The position numbers and the translations under genes are program-made. The notes beneath the pieces were generated by a model. That model worked only from the letters and a program-made list of their open reading frames with translations, did not search any database and was not told the DNA's origin. A stretch of 64,000 bases of DNA from Neocallimastix sp. 'constans' (taxonomy: Eukaryota): contig JBODTK010000014.1 in NCBI GenBank assembly GCA_050613775.1, forward strand, positions 1,240,001 to 1,304,000, read 5' to 3'. Numbering within the stretch: the first letter of the stretch is position 1; each line of letters opens with the position of its first letter. Below are positions 1 to 11,521 of this stretch, piece by piece.

Positions 1-888
1 ATTAATAAACAAAATAAATTTTTGTTTTATAAATCCTTTATTAAAATTTTTTTTTTAAAAATTACAATATTAAATTACAATATAAAAAATACAATTTTTT
101 TACTGTTATTTATATTTTTTTTCTTAAAATAATAGAAATGGTAAAGCCATTTCTTTGTGTAATAAAAATTAATTATTAAATATTTTATATTAATTTTTTA
201 TTATCAATAATTATTATTTAACTTATAATAAATAATACTCATATATTAATCTATTACTAATTATTTATTAACTAATCTACTTAATTATATATTTTAAAAG
301 ACAATTTTTTTATTTTACAGAAGTTAATTCTGTGGTTTAGTAATATTTATTTAATCCTAAAGTTTAATTTTACTAAGTTTAGAAAAATAATATTTTTTAA
401 TTATTAATATAAAATTTATAATCATTTCATCAAATTTATAATATAATATTTATAATAAAACATATAATAATAATATAACTATTTCCTTTTATGTTTAATC
501 TTTTATTAGTAATCATTAATACAATTTTTTTAATTTGGAATTTTCCAAAGAAATAATTGATATTGATAAGTTTAATATTAATAAAAGAAATATTGATAAG
601 ATTTTGATAAACTATAAAGAAAATTGATAAAATAAACTATATAATATTGATAAGGATTTTAATAATAATAAAATATAGATAAGAATAATAAAGGTAGCAT
701 AGATAAGGAATTAATATTAAATACACTTTTAAATAGTATAATTTAATATGTACTAATTAGGAATATAGATTAATTTATTAGAATATAGAAAGTTCCAAAA
801 GAATAAAGAATAAAATAATTTGTTTAAGGGTTAAATGAATCATTTAAGATGTATAACCAAAAGAACATTATTTGGGCATTCTTTATCA
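1..888 (-). mobile_element. LTR (left end beyond window), first visible unit of array 1
   Basis: Ends ...CATTCTTTATCA like the LTRs ending at 12484 and 11507; shares GAAAGTTCCAA and TGTGGTTTAGT motifs with the element-1 LTRs; homologous in inverse orientation to 31399-32318 (ATAGAAATGGTAAAGCCATTTCTTT). Confidence 0.75.
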
Positions 889-891
889 GAA

Positions 892-2706
892 TGTAAGAAA
901 TTACTTATAAAATTAATTATAAATAATTTCTTAACTACAAATTAACATTAATTATTACTAATTAACATTAATTTGAGAAAATAAAATTAAATATAATTAA
1001 ATAAATATAAAATAATATAAATAAATAATTATACTTAACTTAAATATATGATAGAGTTTATTATAGAAAGTTTATAATAAACAATAACACAAAAGGAATA
1101 AAAGACACAAATATTTATAAAATATGTTTTATTAAAAGGGTTTTGTTTTATTAATTAATTATTTTATTTGAATTATTATTTATTATAAAAATTCTAAAAT
1201 AATAACTCTTGATTTCTCAAAGAGAACTCAAGAGAATCAAATATATATAAATTAATAATTAAATATTATTGGTTAAAATAAATACAATAATTTAATGTAT
1301 TAAATTAATGTATTAAATAAGAAAGATAGATAAATTTTATAATAAATTTATCTAAGTTTCTTACATTGCTCCCTTTACTTAATGAATTTGTATAAATTCA
1401 TTATTATATAGGAAGTAGTATATTTAAAATAAAAATTATAATTAACCAAAAAAAATATAAAATTAAATAATTTATTGAAAGTTTTGCTAACCTTAACTTT
1501 TTAACATCTAGAGAAAAGATTAGCGGAAAAACTCTAGACGAATCAATATTAAGTAAAACCAATTAACTTGGGAAAAACCTTAATATTGTTTTCTAAACTA
1601 ATATATAAATATAAGTGAATAAATAATTATAAAATTAAATAAAATAACTATAATTATTAAATGTATAAATAAAAATAAAGTTAAATAAAATGACTATATT
1701 ATTAAATGAATAAATAAATATTAAATTAAATAAATTATAATAACTAAGAAATGTAAATGAATTATTAATAAATTTATTTGTATTTCTTACATTGCTCCTT
1801 TTCATTTGAATTGTTCAATGAAAGAAGAACAATTTAAGAAATAATAAATTAAGAAATATTAAAAAGAAATAAAATTTAAATAAAATTAAAATAAATATTT
1901 AATTGCAATTTCAATTTAAAAAATTGAAATTTAAATTTTGAATTAAAATTTATTTTAAATAAATAATTAAATGAACAATAATTTATAAATTTATATTATA
2001 TATTATATATATTTTGTATTAATAAATAAATAAATAATAATAATAATAATTAATTTTACAATATATATATATATTGTATATTATTCATTAAATGAATGAA
2101 AATAATAATAATAATTAGAATTATATATTATATATTATATATTTTTCATATTTATTAAATAAATAATATTTTATTATTTATATTATATATATGTTATATT
2201 ATTCATTAGACAAATAAATAAGTAATAATTTAAATTGTACATATGAATTATTTATTAAATAAATAAATAATAATATTTTATAATTTTTTATATTAAATTT
2301 TATATGTATATTTTGAAATATGTATTAAATAAATAATAATAATATTTTATAATTTTTTATATTACATACATATATATATGTATTTTTTTTTTTTTTTTTA
2401 ATAGATATAACGAGATATAGCTTTTGCCGATATCTGTTTTAACAAAGGGCAATTAGTAATTAACAATTATATTATTAATAATAATATATTATTTCAATTA
2501 CATAGAAGTGAATTTCAATTTTTATATCACTTCAGCCCTAGTGTTAATATCTATATGTGATCATAGAACATTGTAATTATATATTTAAATATATCTTATA
2601 ATTTTTAAAATTTTATTTTCGTTCGTATGATCAATATTAAAAACTTTTTATTATTATTATTTATTATTATTATTACTTTATTTATCATAATTATAATTTT
2701 ATTTAC

Positions 2707-2737
<31 letters not shown>

Positions 2738-3565
2738 TAATTTATTTATTTTTTATTTTTATTTATTTTAAAGAAAAGAAAACTGAACAACTTATCTTTT
2801 AAATTATTAATTTATTTTATTTATTTTTTGTTTTTTGTTTGTTTATTTGTTTGTTTTGTTTTGTTTCCTGTTTTGTTGCTTTGTTTTGTTTTATTTTGTT
2901 ATTTTGTTTTTGTTTTTTGTTTTGTTTTTGTTTTTTGTTTTTATTTTTGTTTTATTTTATTTTATTTTATTTTATTTTTTTTTTTTTTTTTTTTTAATAA
3001 GAAAAATATATATATATAATGTATATAATGTTATATATAAAAACAATTATATAATATTAAAATATAATATAAATATAATATTATAATAGATAAATATGTT
3101 ATATAAAATAAAATAAAGTAAAATAGTTAGTATTTAATATTGTTAATTTTTATGAAATTTATAAAGACTTATTTTTAAAAGTAAATAAGCAAAGCAAACA
3201 GAATAGGTGTTGTCATATTATTTTAAAGTTATGTTTAATATATATAATAAAAGAATTGTTAGTCAATGTAATAATAAATTAAACAAAATAAATAATATAT
3301 ATATATGACATAAACAAACATAAACAATGAAAGGAAAAATAAAAAATAAACAAAAAAAAAAATTTATAAATTTAAATTGAGAGAAAGAAAAAATTTCGTA
3401 AATAATATAATATGAATTTATTTAATTTAATTATTCCATTATAATTATAATTATTATTTTTTGTTATATTCATATTAAATTATTTATGAAATATTTTCTT
3501 CCTAAAAAGAAGAGTTATTATTGTAAGAAATTATTTATAATTAATTTTATAGGTAATTTCTTACA
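892..3565. mobile_element. Non-coding element with ~42-bp terminal inverted repeats and 5-bp TSD (CAGAA)
   Basis: Left end TGTAAGAAATTACTTATAAAATTAATTATAAATAATTTCTTA matches the reverse complement of 3524-3565 with one mismatch. CAGAA lies at 887-891 and 3566-3570. No credible ORF. A 34-bp exact match at 1201-1234 to the LTR at 12490-13469 (inverse orientation). Confidence 0.8.
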
Positions 3566-3571
3566 CAGAAC

Positions 3572-4260
3572 TGGTACAGGACTTTTGAAATAATAATAAT
3601 ATAATTATTTATTTAATAAAAAGAAAGTTATTGATTATATTTTATTTCACTAAAAATACATGTATTTATATTTTTTTATCAAATTAAAATTTGTAAAGCC
3701 TAACTATTTTTTTAATAAACTAATTACTAATTATTTTTATAAATAAAACATTTAAATTGAAATTGAATTATTATTTTAGTTAATAATATTATTGTTATAA
3801 ATAGTAGTTATATATTATTGAATTATTAATTATTTAATAATAGTTTAATACTAATATATATAAAATAAAAATAAAGAGATTATACAGAATATTTTATTGT
3901 GGTTTAGTTAAATTTAGTAATTAAAAATAAATTTAAATTGATAACGAAAATTTTAATAACTAATTAAATAGATTTGATTATTTTCAATATAACATAATAC
4001 AAAAGAAATATAATATTAATATATTAAGTGGGCAAGGACAATATTCTTGGCTAAAGATTTTTAATACATTATAATGGAATCGGATCGATAATTCAAAAAG
4101 GAATTATAAGTTAATTAGTGATTTATTAACTTAAGATTTCTATTTAGTAATATTTGAAGAATATTGGAAAGTTCCAATTATATAGAATAGAATAATCTAT
4201 AAGGTTAGAATAATTTATATTATTCTAGCACAATTAGTATTATTTGTTCATTCTGTATTA
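3572..4260 (-). repeat. 3' LTR of element 1 (chimeric terminus)
   Basis: ~670 bp direct repeat of ~9818-10486; the first ~20 bp differ from the 5' LTR. Confidence 0.9.
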
Positions 4261-4276
4261 AGATGCCCCCGCTAAG
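4261..4276 (-). other. PPT-like tract of element 1
   Basis: Minus strand CTTAGCGGGGGCATCT abuts the 3' LTR; element 2 has CTAAGTGGGGGCGTTT at the same position. Confidence 0.7.
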
Positions 4277-4283
4277 ACTCAAG

Positions 4284-7200
4284 CTAGGTAGAAGCTGAGT
4301 TAAACTTGACAATATTTTTCAAATGAACATTACGATTCATTTGTATATTAGTAGCAGGATCAGCTAAAGTGACTGTATTGAATTGTTTCTTTACCACTTT
4401 CATAGGTCCAACAAAGTAAGGTTCTAATTTAGTTCGATTAAAGTTTCTTACTAGTACTAAATCACCTGGTTTTATTCTTTTAGCTTGATTCATACTGGTC
4501 TTTTCTTCTCTCCTAGTAGCCCAATATTTCGAAGCATTTTTGATATTAGATGCGGCCTCCATTACCCATTGGTAGTGTGATACAAATTTTTCCAGTAGAA
4601 TTTCGTCAGAAGACTTATTTATACCCTTAGTTGGTCTGGCAGCAATGTCAAAAGGTTGTTGGTCCTCCCTTCCATAAACTAATTCAAAACTTGAATGGTT
4701 GGTGATTGAGTTTTTAGTAGTTCTTAAAGCCCAAAGTGCAGATGGTAAAATTTCATCCCATTCTTTGTGTTGTTGTCCTAGTAATCGTAATAATTTTCCA
4801 ATTTCTTTATTACGATTCTCAACTAAACCATTGCTTTCAGGATGATATGGAGTGATAAATTTAACATATACATCATATAAATCAAGGAAGATTTTTGTCA
4901 TATCTGATGTAAATTGTGTTCCATTATCAGTAGTGATAATTTGAGGTACACCGTGTCGAGCAAATACATTAATTAAAAATTTTATCACATCCTGAGAAGT
5001 AACATTTTCAGTGGGCTCTGCCTCAACCCATTTAGTAAAATAATCAACCACAACGATTATATATTGATTATTATTTCTGGTTTTACTTAGAGGTCCTATA
5101 ATGTCCAATCCTAAGTGTGTAAATGGTCCTTCCACTTCAGTTGGTTTATCTTCCGTTGGTTCAGGGTATGGTTGCGATTTATTTAATTGACATTTTTCAC
5201 ATTTACCTATAATTCGCTTAATGTCATTAACCATATTGTTCCAATAGTAGCTCTTTTTCAAACGTTGGTATGTCTTGTAATAGCCTTCGTGTCCTATACT
5301 GTGTGCTTGAAAAATTAATTGAAGTTTTTCTTTTGTATCTGTAACTAATTTTCTATAATTATTGCCATCAACAAAGTAGTCCACACCATCAATTGTCGTA
5401 AATTTTTCTTCAATAAATTCCTTAATGGTTCTTGAAAGCAGGTTTTCATCTTGTTCCTTGATAATTTGTGTTGTTAAGACAACTTTTTCTTTTTCATTTT
5501 TCATTCTTGATAAAGCATCTGCGACAACATTATTCTTTCCAGTTTCATATCGTAAATCAATTCCTAACATACTGACAGTCAAACACCATCTAGTATGACG
5601 AGAATTTTGTGGTTCCTTACTTTTAAGTCATCCGATTAATGGTCTATGATCTGTATATACTATAGTTTGCTTAGGATTTCCCATAATATAAGATTTTAAT
5701 TTATTAATACAGTAAATTAGAGCAGCACCTTCTAGATCCGTAATTCCATAATTCTTTTCTGATTTAGATAAACTTCTACTAATATAATGAACCGGATGCT
5801 CCTTTCCAGTTTCATCATCCTTTTGTAAAAGCACACCGCCTATTCCATCATAGGAAGCATCTGTTCTTATAATAAATTCTCTATCAAATCTAGGAAATCT
5901 TAATATTGGGGCATTGATTAATCTTTCCTTAAGAATTTTAAAACTTTCTTCTTGTTCCTTTTTCCATTCAAACATAATACCTTTTCTTAATAGAGTGCAG
6001 AGAGGAGCAGTAACTTTTGCAAAGTCCTTAATAAAATTTCTATAATATCCAATGGCTCCTAAAAATGATCGAAGTTCATGAATGTTAGAGGGAGCCTTCC
6101 ATTCTTTAATAGCTTCAACTTTGTTTTCCAATGGACTTAAACCTTCTGAGGATACTTTATGTCCCAGTACTTCTACTTCAGTTTGCATGAAAGAACATTT
6201 TTCAATATTGATTTTTAACTTATGTTCCTTGAATATTTCTAAGACTTGTTTAAGATGTTCTAGGTGTTCTTCTTCAGTTCTTGAGTAGATTAAAATATCA
6301 TCTATAAAGTTATAGACGCATTTTCCTATTAAGGGAAATAGTATACGGTTCATTTCTCTTTGGAATGTAGCTGGAGCACCTGTTAAACCGAAGGGCATTA
6401 CCTTGAATTGGTAGTTTCCGAACTTAGTTGTAAAGGTAGTGATTTCAACACTATCATCATCCATTAATATTTGATGATAACCGGAATAAAGATCTAATGT
6501 TGAGAAGATTTTTGCTCCATCTAAGCTATCAAAAATTTCCTCAATATTTGGTAAAGAATAAGAATCCTTCTTAGTTGCTTCATTTACTTTCCTATAGTCA
6601 ATACACAGGCGCCATTTACCGTTCTTTTTAGGCACAAGTACTACTGGTGATGACCATTCTGAACATGAAGGTTCAATTAATCGTTTATATATGAGTTTGG
6701 TTAATTCTTCTTTTAAGATATCTGTTTTTAATTTACTAAGTCGATAAAATTTTTGTTTAATAGGTTTAACTCCTTCCTTAAGAATAATTTTGTGTGGTGA
6801 TAAATCTGAAGGTGTTAATTCTTCAGAAGAAGTTGCAATTATATCAATATATTCTTCAAGTAATCTAGTAATAGCTTCTCTATAATTTGAATTAATTGTA
6901 CTTTGAAAAACTGTGTCATATATATATTTTATGGGTGGTAATCCTTCAATCGTTTTCAATTGTTGCTTAGCTTCTTGGTGATTCAATGCTTTGATTACAC
7001 ATAATAATTTTTCTTCGTCATCATATTCATTATTAATAGGTGCGATTTCTTCAATTAAACCTTGATCATTAAATCGACAAAGACTATATCTAATTGGATG
7101 TATAAATAACTGGTTATCAATTTGAGTTTTGAGGTTGATTAATATATCATAGAATGGATCCTCCTTGTCTATAATTCTACACGTAACAAGTAGTTCTAGT

Positions 7201-8285
7201 TCATTAATTTTTACGGGAACTTTGATTAACACATCTTCTGAGTAATCATCATTCAGCGTTGCTAAACGTATTCGTCCTGCACTAACTCCTATAGGTTCAT
7301 ACTGATAAGGTAATTTATCTAAAAATTGCTTTGTGATAATACTTAAGTTGCTACATGAATCTATTAAAGCCTTACCACGAACTCCATCTACTATTACATC
7401 AACCATAGCAATATCATCTTCTTGTGGTTCATGATGTTTACTTTTATATGTATGATCTATATTGTTCGTTATTATTGTAGTAGCACACATATTATCCACT
7501 GCACCTGAAATTTTAGTATTATTCTTTTCTAATTTAAGTCCTTGTGATACTTGAGACCGTATCTTTGGAGCAACGTCCAATAATTGTCCAAATGTAATAT
7601 TGCAATTACTGGAGTTTAAATCTTTGATCACGTCATAACTATCATAATCAGTTTGCATTTGTATTCTTTTTGGAATTCTAGTTGGCATAATTTCAGTTGA
7701 CTTTTCTGATGATTTTTCTTGAATTAATTTATTTAAAGTTTGTTTAGAATTATTTCCTTCCTGAGAAGTTTCTTCATTAATAATATTAACAATACTATTT
7801 TTATTATTTTCCACAGAAGTACTAGTACTAGCTCTTTCCTTATCTCTTAGCTCTTTCTCAATCCTCTTTTCTTTCTCTATTCTGGGTTGAGCCATAATCG
7901 AAGGATGTAATTGAGTTGTTGGCTTTTTGACTGGTCGCGATGTTCCCCTTAATTGATTTTCTTTTTGTTTTCGTAAACCTGGAGTAACTATTGGCTTAGG
8001 ATCATCTCTTAGACTACGGTGAACCCTCTTTCCTCTTTGGTCACTAGTCTCTTCATCTTTAGGATTTGCCTTTCTCTTTATAACGTTTACTAAGTAATCC
8101 AATTCTTTGGAACCATCCGACTCATCATCAAAATCTTCGTAATAATCCGTAGTAGTACCTTCTTGGAAATCAGCAATTTCTTCATAATCATCATCTTCTT
8201 TTAAGTCAACTGTTTTGGGACGATGGCAGACTGAAGCAATTTTTTTGACGATGGGAGTGCTTCTACTCCCTTTTAGTGGTTTAAA
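4284..8285 (-). CDS. pol: Pol polyprotein (protease, RT, RNase H, integrase); one in-frame TGA at 5628-5630
   Basis: ORFs 5628-8102 and 4284-5582 are in the same frame. Motifs: ALIDSCS, WRLCIDYR, MPFGL, FIDD, TDAS, HHCC zinc finger, LDIIGP...TDNG...E, GPY/F-like LEPYFVGP. The frame is open back to the slippery site at 8279-8285. Confidence 0.92.
8233..8285 (-). promoter_or_regulatory. -1 programmed ribosomal frameshift signal (UUUAAAC plus predicted pseudoknot)
   Basis: TAT TTA AAC CAC TAA at the end of gag; stem GGGAGT/ACTCCC; loop GAAGC complementary to downstream GCTTC; the -1 frame reads into pol. Confidence 0.85.
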
Positions 8286-9190
8286 TAATTTTCATAAAAC
8301 TTCTTGCGGTTATTTTCCAATATAGAATTTAATTTAGGACAGTTTCGTTTGGTATGTCCTTCATTGCTACAAAACCAGCAAGTACTAATTTTCATTTCTT
8401 TCATCTTGTTAGTGAGATTTTCTATAGATACATTTTTGTGGGTTTTTGGTTTGTTAAAATCATTTGAAATGTTCTTATTAAAATTACTTTTAGAGTTAAG
8501 GAGATTGTAACGAGTCTTATCATAATATTCAGTACTATTTTTAATAGATAAACGATCAACTTTTTCAGCTATAGCGAATGCTTTGGTAATAGAAATATGG
8601 TCTTTAAGCATAACCTTTCTCCATGCGTCAGGATTATTGGTTAAGGAATCTGCATAATCTAAAACACTAATTTTTCTTCTTCTCTTTTTATCCAATTTAT
8701 GGTACAAAGATCTATAACGGACATTAAAATCTTTAACTTTCTCGTTCTTCTTTATTTTCATGGAACGCAATTCTCGTAACAAGTTGGTTTGATCTTCTTT
8801 AAGTCCATAGAAAGTCTTCAGATGATTTATGATTTCATCAAGGCTTGGGTAGGTGTTAGTAGATTCAATTTCTTCATCATCTTCTCCTTCACTATCGCTA
8901 TCGAAATCAGAATCTTCATCTTCAGTAAGGTCATTTCCATCTTCTAGTTCTTGGATAATTTCTCTTGGTTCTCCAGAAGCCGTTAATATACAAGCAGTAA
9001 AAATAGTTTCAGGATCCTTGATATGTTGGTATTTTATCCATGCCTTTAACTCATTTGCCCAGGAGTTGATGTCAAGGTTTTGTTTAGTAAGCTTTTCAAA
9101 ATCTTTTAATTCTTTCTTTAATTCTCTGAAGCTAAGCTTACTTTCTGGAGTACTCTCTGTTGGAGTACTGGAAGTACTGGATGTTCTCAT
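8273..9190 (-). CDS. gag: Gag of element 1
   Basis: 305-aa ORF upstream of pol with the CCHC knuckle CWFCSNEGHTKRNC. Confidence 0.9.
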   Translation of the reverse strand: MRTSSTSSTPTESTPESKLSFRELKKELKDFEKLTKQNLDINSWANELKAWIKYQHIKDPETIFTACILTASGEPREIIQELEDGNDLTEDEDSDFDSDSEGEDDEEIESTNTYPSLDEIINHLKTFYGLKEDQTNLLRELRSMKIKKNEKVKDFNVRYRSLYHKLDKKRRRKISVLDYADSLTNNPDAWRKVMLKDHISITKAFAIAEKVDRLSIKNSTEYYDKTRYNLLNSKSNFNKNISNDFNKPKTHKNVSIENLTNKMKEMKISTCWFCSNEGHTKRNCPKLNSILENNRKKFYENYLNH

Positions 9191-9672
9191 AAAATAAAAT
9201 TTATTGTATCTATAGAATGCTAAACCTCGTAATGTATAAATTGTTATAAAAAAGTAAAAATAAAAAAAATTAAAAAAAATAAATCTTTTAACTAATGAAA
9301 TTATTAATTATTTATTATTATTAATCACTTATTAAATTATAATAATCGTGCAATCTGATAGTACACACTGTCTGACGTGCAGCTTACCTCTTGAAAGGTG
9401 TCATGCCACGCGTGTGCCACGGTTACTATTTTCAATATAAAAAATAGCAGTCCAGAGCCTACTAGCCCAATTACTATGTAGGATAAACTTAACCCGGAAA
9501 TCTATGCACGAATATTAGTTTAATTTAATATTAATTAATATTTTTAACAATTAATAATAATTAGTTAAAAATATAAAAATTGTTTTCTTTTTTAAAAAAA
9601 TATTTGTTTTATTAGAAAAATTATTTATTAATATTATAATTTTATCCCCAATGTATTAATTTATTATTATAT

Positions 9673-9690
9673 TCCCCGATATCTTCACCA
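9673..9690 (-). other. Primer-binding site, tRNA-Ala-like
   Basis: Plus strand TCCCCGATATCTTCACCA resembles the 3' 18 nt of eukaryotic tRNA-Ala; lies 8 nt from the 5' LTR. Confidence 0.7.
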
Positions 9691-9698
9691 ATTTTTCA

Positions 9699-10486
9699 TG
9701 GTATGGTTCATATAGTTTTAGGAATATAATAATAATTAACACAAATAATAAAATTACAATAAAAAAAATAATTTGTTTTAAAATCAATATTTATTTATTT
9801 AAATTTATAAAAGAAAAATAATAATATAATTATTTATTTAATAAAAAGAAAGTTATTCCTTATATTTTATTTCACTAAAAATTACATGTATTTATATTTT
9901 TTTATCAAATTAAAATTTGTAAAGCCTAACTATTTCTTAATAAACTAATTACTAATTATTTTAATAAATAAAACATTTAAATTGAAATTGAATTATTATT
10001 TTAGTTAATAATATTATTGTTATAAATATTAGTTTTATATTATTGAATTATTAATTATTTAATAATAGTTTAATATTAATATATATAAAATAAAAATAAA
10101 GAGATTATACAGAATATTTTAATTGTGGTTTAGTTAAATTTAGTAATTAAAAATAAATTTAAATTGATAACGAAAATTGTAATAACTAATTAAATAGATT
10201 TGATTATTTTCAATATATCATATTACAAAAGAAATATAATATTAATATATTAAGTGGGCAAGGACAATATTCTTGGCTAAAGATTTTTAATACATTATAA
10301 TGGAATCGGATCGATAATTCAAAAAGGAATTATAAGTTAATTGGTGATTTATTAACTTAAGATTTCTATTTAGTAATATTTGAAGAATATTGGAAAGTTC
10401 CAATTATATAGAATAGAATAATCTATAAGGTTAGAATAATTTATATTATTCTAGCACAATTAGTATTATTTGTTCATTCTGTATTA
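9699..10486 (-). repeat. 5' LTR of element 1 (788 bp; TG...TA on + strand)
   Basis: Full-length match to the solo LTR at 23409-24197; adjacent to the PBS; followed by GAAC. Confidence 0.92.
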
Positions 10487-10490
10487 GAAC

Positions 10491-11507
10491 TGGTAGACTC
10501 GGGGTTGACACTTAGATATTTAAAATCAAGCAGGGGGGACGGGTATTACCCTGCTTTGATTTTAAAAAAAAAAAAATAATTCTTTATTAAAAGTTATTTA
10601 TTTTTTTTTTTATTAATATAAAATTTTATTATTTAAAGTACACATTTTTAATTTTTAAGAAATTGTTACAATATTTATATTTTTTTATAAATTTAAAGTA
10701 TAATTAATTGTTTATAATTTAAGTAATTTTATAGAATTATTGAATTAATTTTATATCAATAATTCATTTTTGTTTTAATTTTTATAAATATAATAATATA
10801 ATATTCAAATATAATTTAATTAAAAATAATTATAAAATAAATATATAGAAAATAGTTTTTACTATTTTCTTTGATATTTTTAAGTTAAATAAATTGTTTT
10901 TAAAGATTAATATAATAAATTTAATAATCTTTAATTATTTTAAATAATACTTGTAATTATTTTTAAAAATAAAATAAAATTTTTATAATATTTAATTAAT
11001 AAATTTGATAATATTTAAATAATAATTTTTATAATAAGTAAAAATTTTTAATAATAATTTTTAATAATAAATTTAATTAATAATCTTAATAATTTTATAA
11101 TAATATTTAATAGTTATAATAAATAAATTTTTATAATAATATTTAATAATTTTAATAATTTTATAATATTAATAATTTATAATAATTTTTAGAATAATAT
11201 TTAATTAATAATTTTAATAATTTTATAATAATTTTTATAATAATATTTAATTAATAGTTTTAATAGTTTAGTATCTTAAAAGTATAATTTTAATATTTAC
11301 AATTGTATTTTAATATACATATATTTAATAATATAACAATAAAGTAGTTAATTAAAATTTATTTACATTATTTACAAGTTAAAATTAATTTATATTAAAA
11401 TAAATTAAATTTTATTATTAAGTTTAGGTTATCAAGAATATAGGAAAGTACAATTTAGTAAAGAATTATTAATAATAAAATAAAGGTTATTAATTCATTC
11501 TTTACCA
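10491..11507 (-). mobile_element. Solo LTR, tRNA-proximal unit of array 1
   Basis: TGGTA...TACCA termini; flanked by GAAC and GAAT; the end motif TTCATTCTTTACCA is shared with other LTRs and the start resembles the 22002 family. Confidence 0.8.
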
Positions 11508-11521
11508 GAATCGCAACAAAT

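Larger units (their letters stand above)
3572..10486 (-). mobile_element. Full-length Ty3/gypsy LTR retrotransposon (element 1), pol interrupted by a stop
   Basis: Two LTRs, PBS, PPT-like tract, gag with CCHC knuckle, pol in PR-RT-RH-IN order; flanked by GAAC at 3568-3571 and 10487-10490. Confidence 0.95.

Noticed and set aside
2828..3086. Phe/Ile/Tyr-rich short ORFs here and at 15342-15664, 38136-38318, 41160-41510 and 62161-62400
   Set aside because: Translations of low-complexity T-rich or microsatellite DNA.
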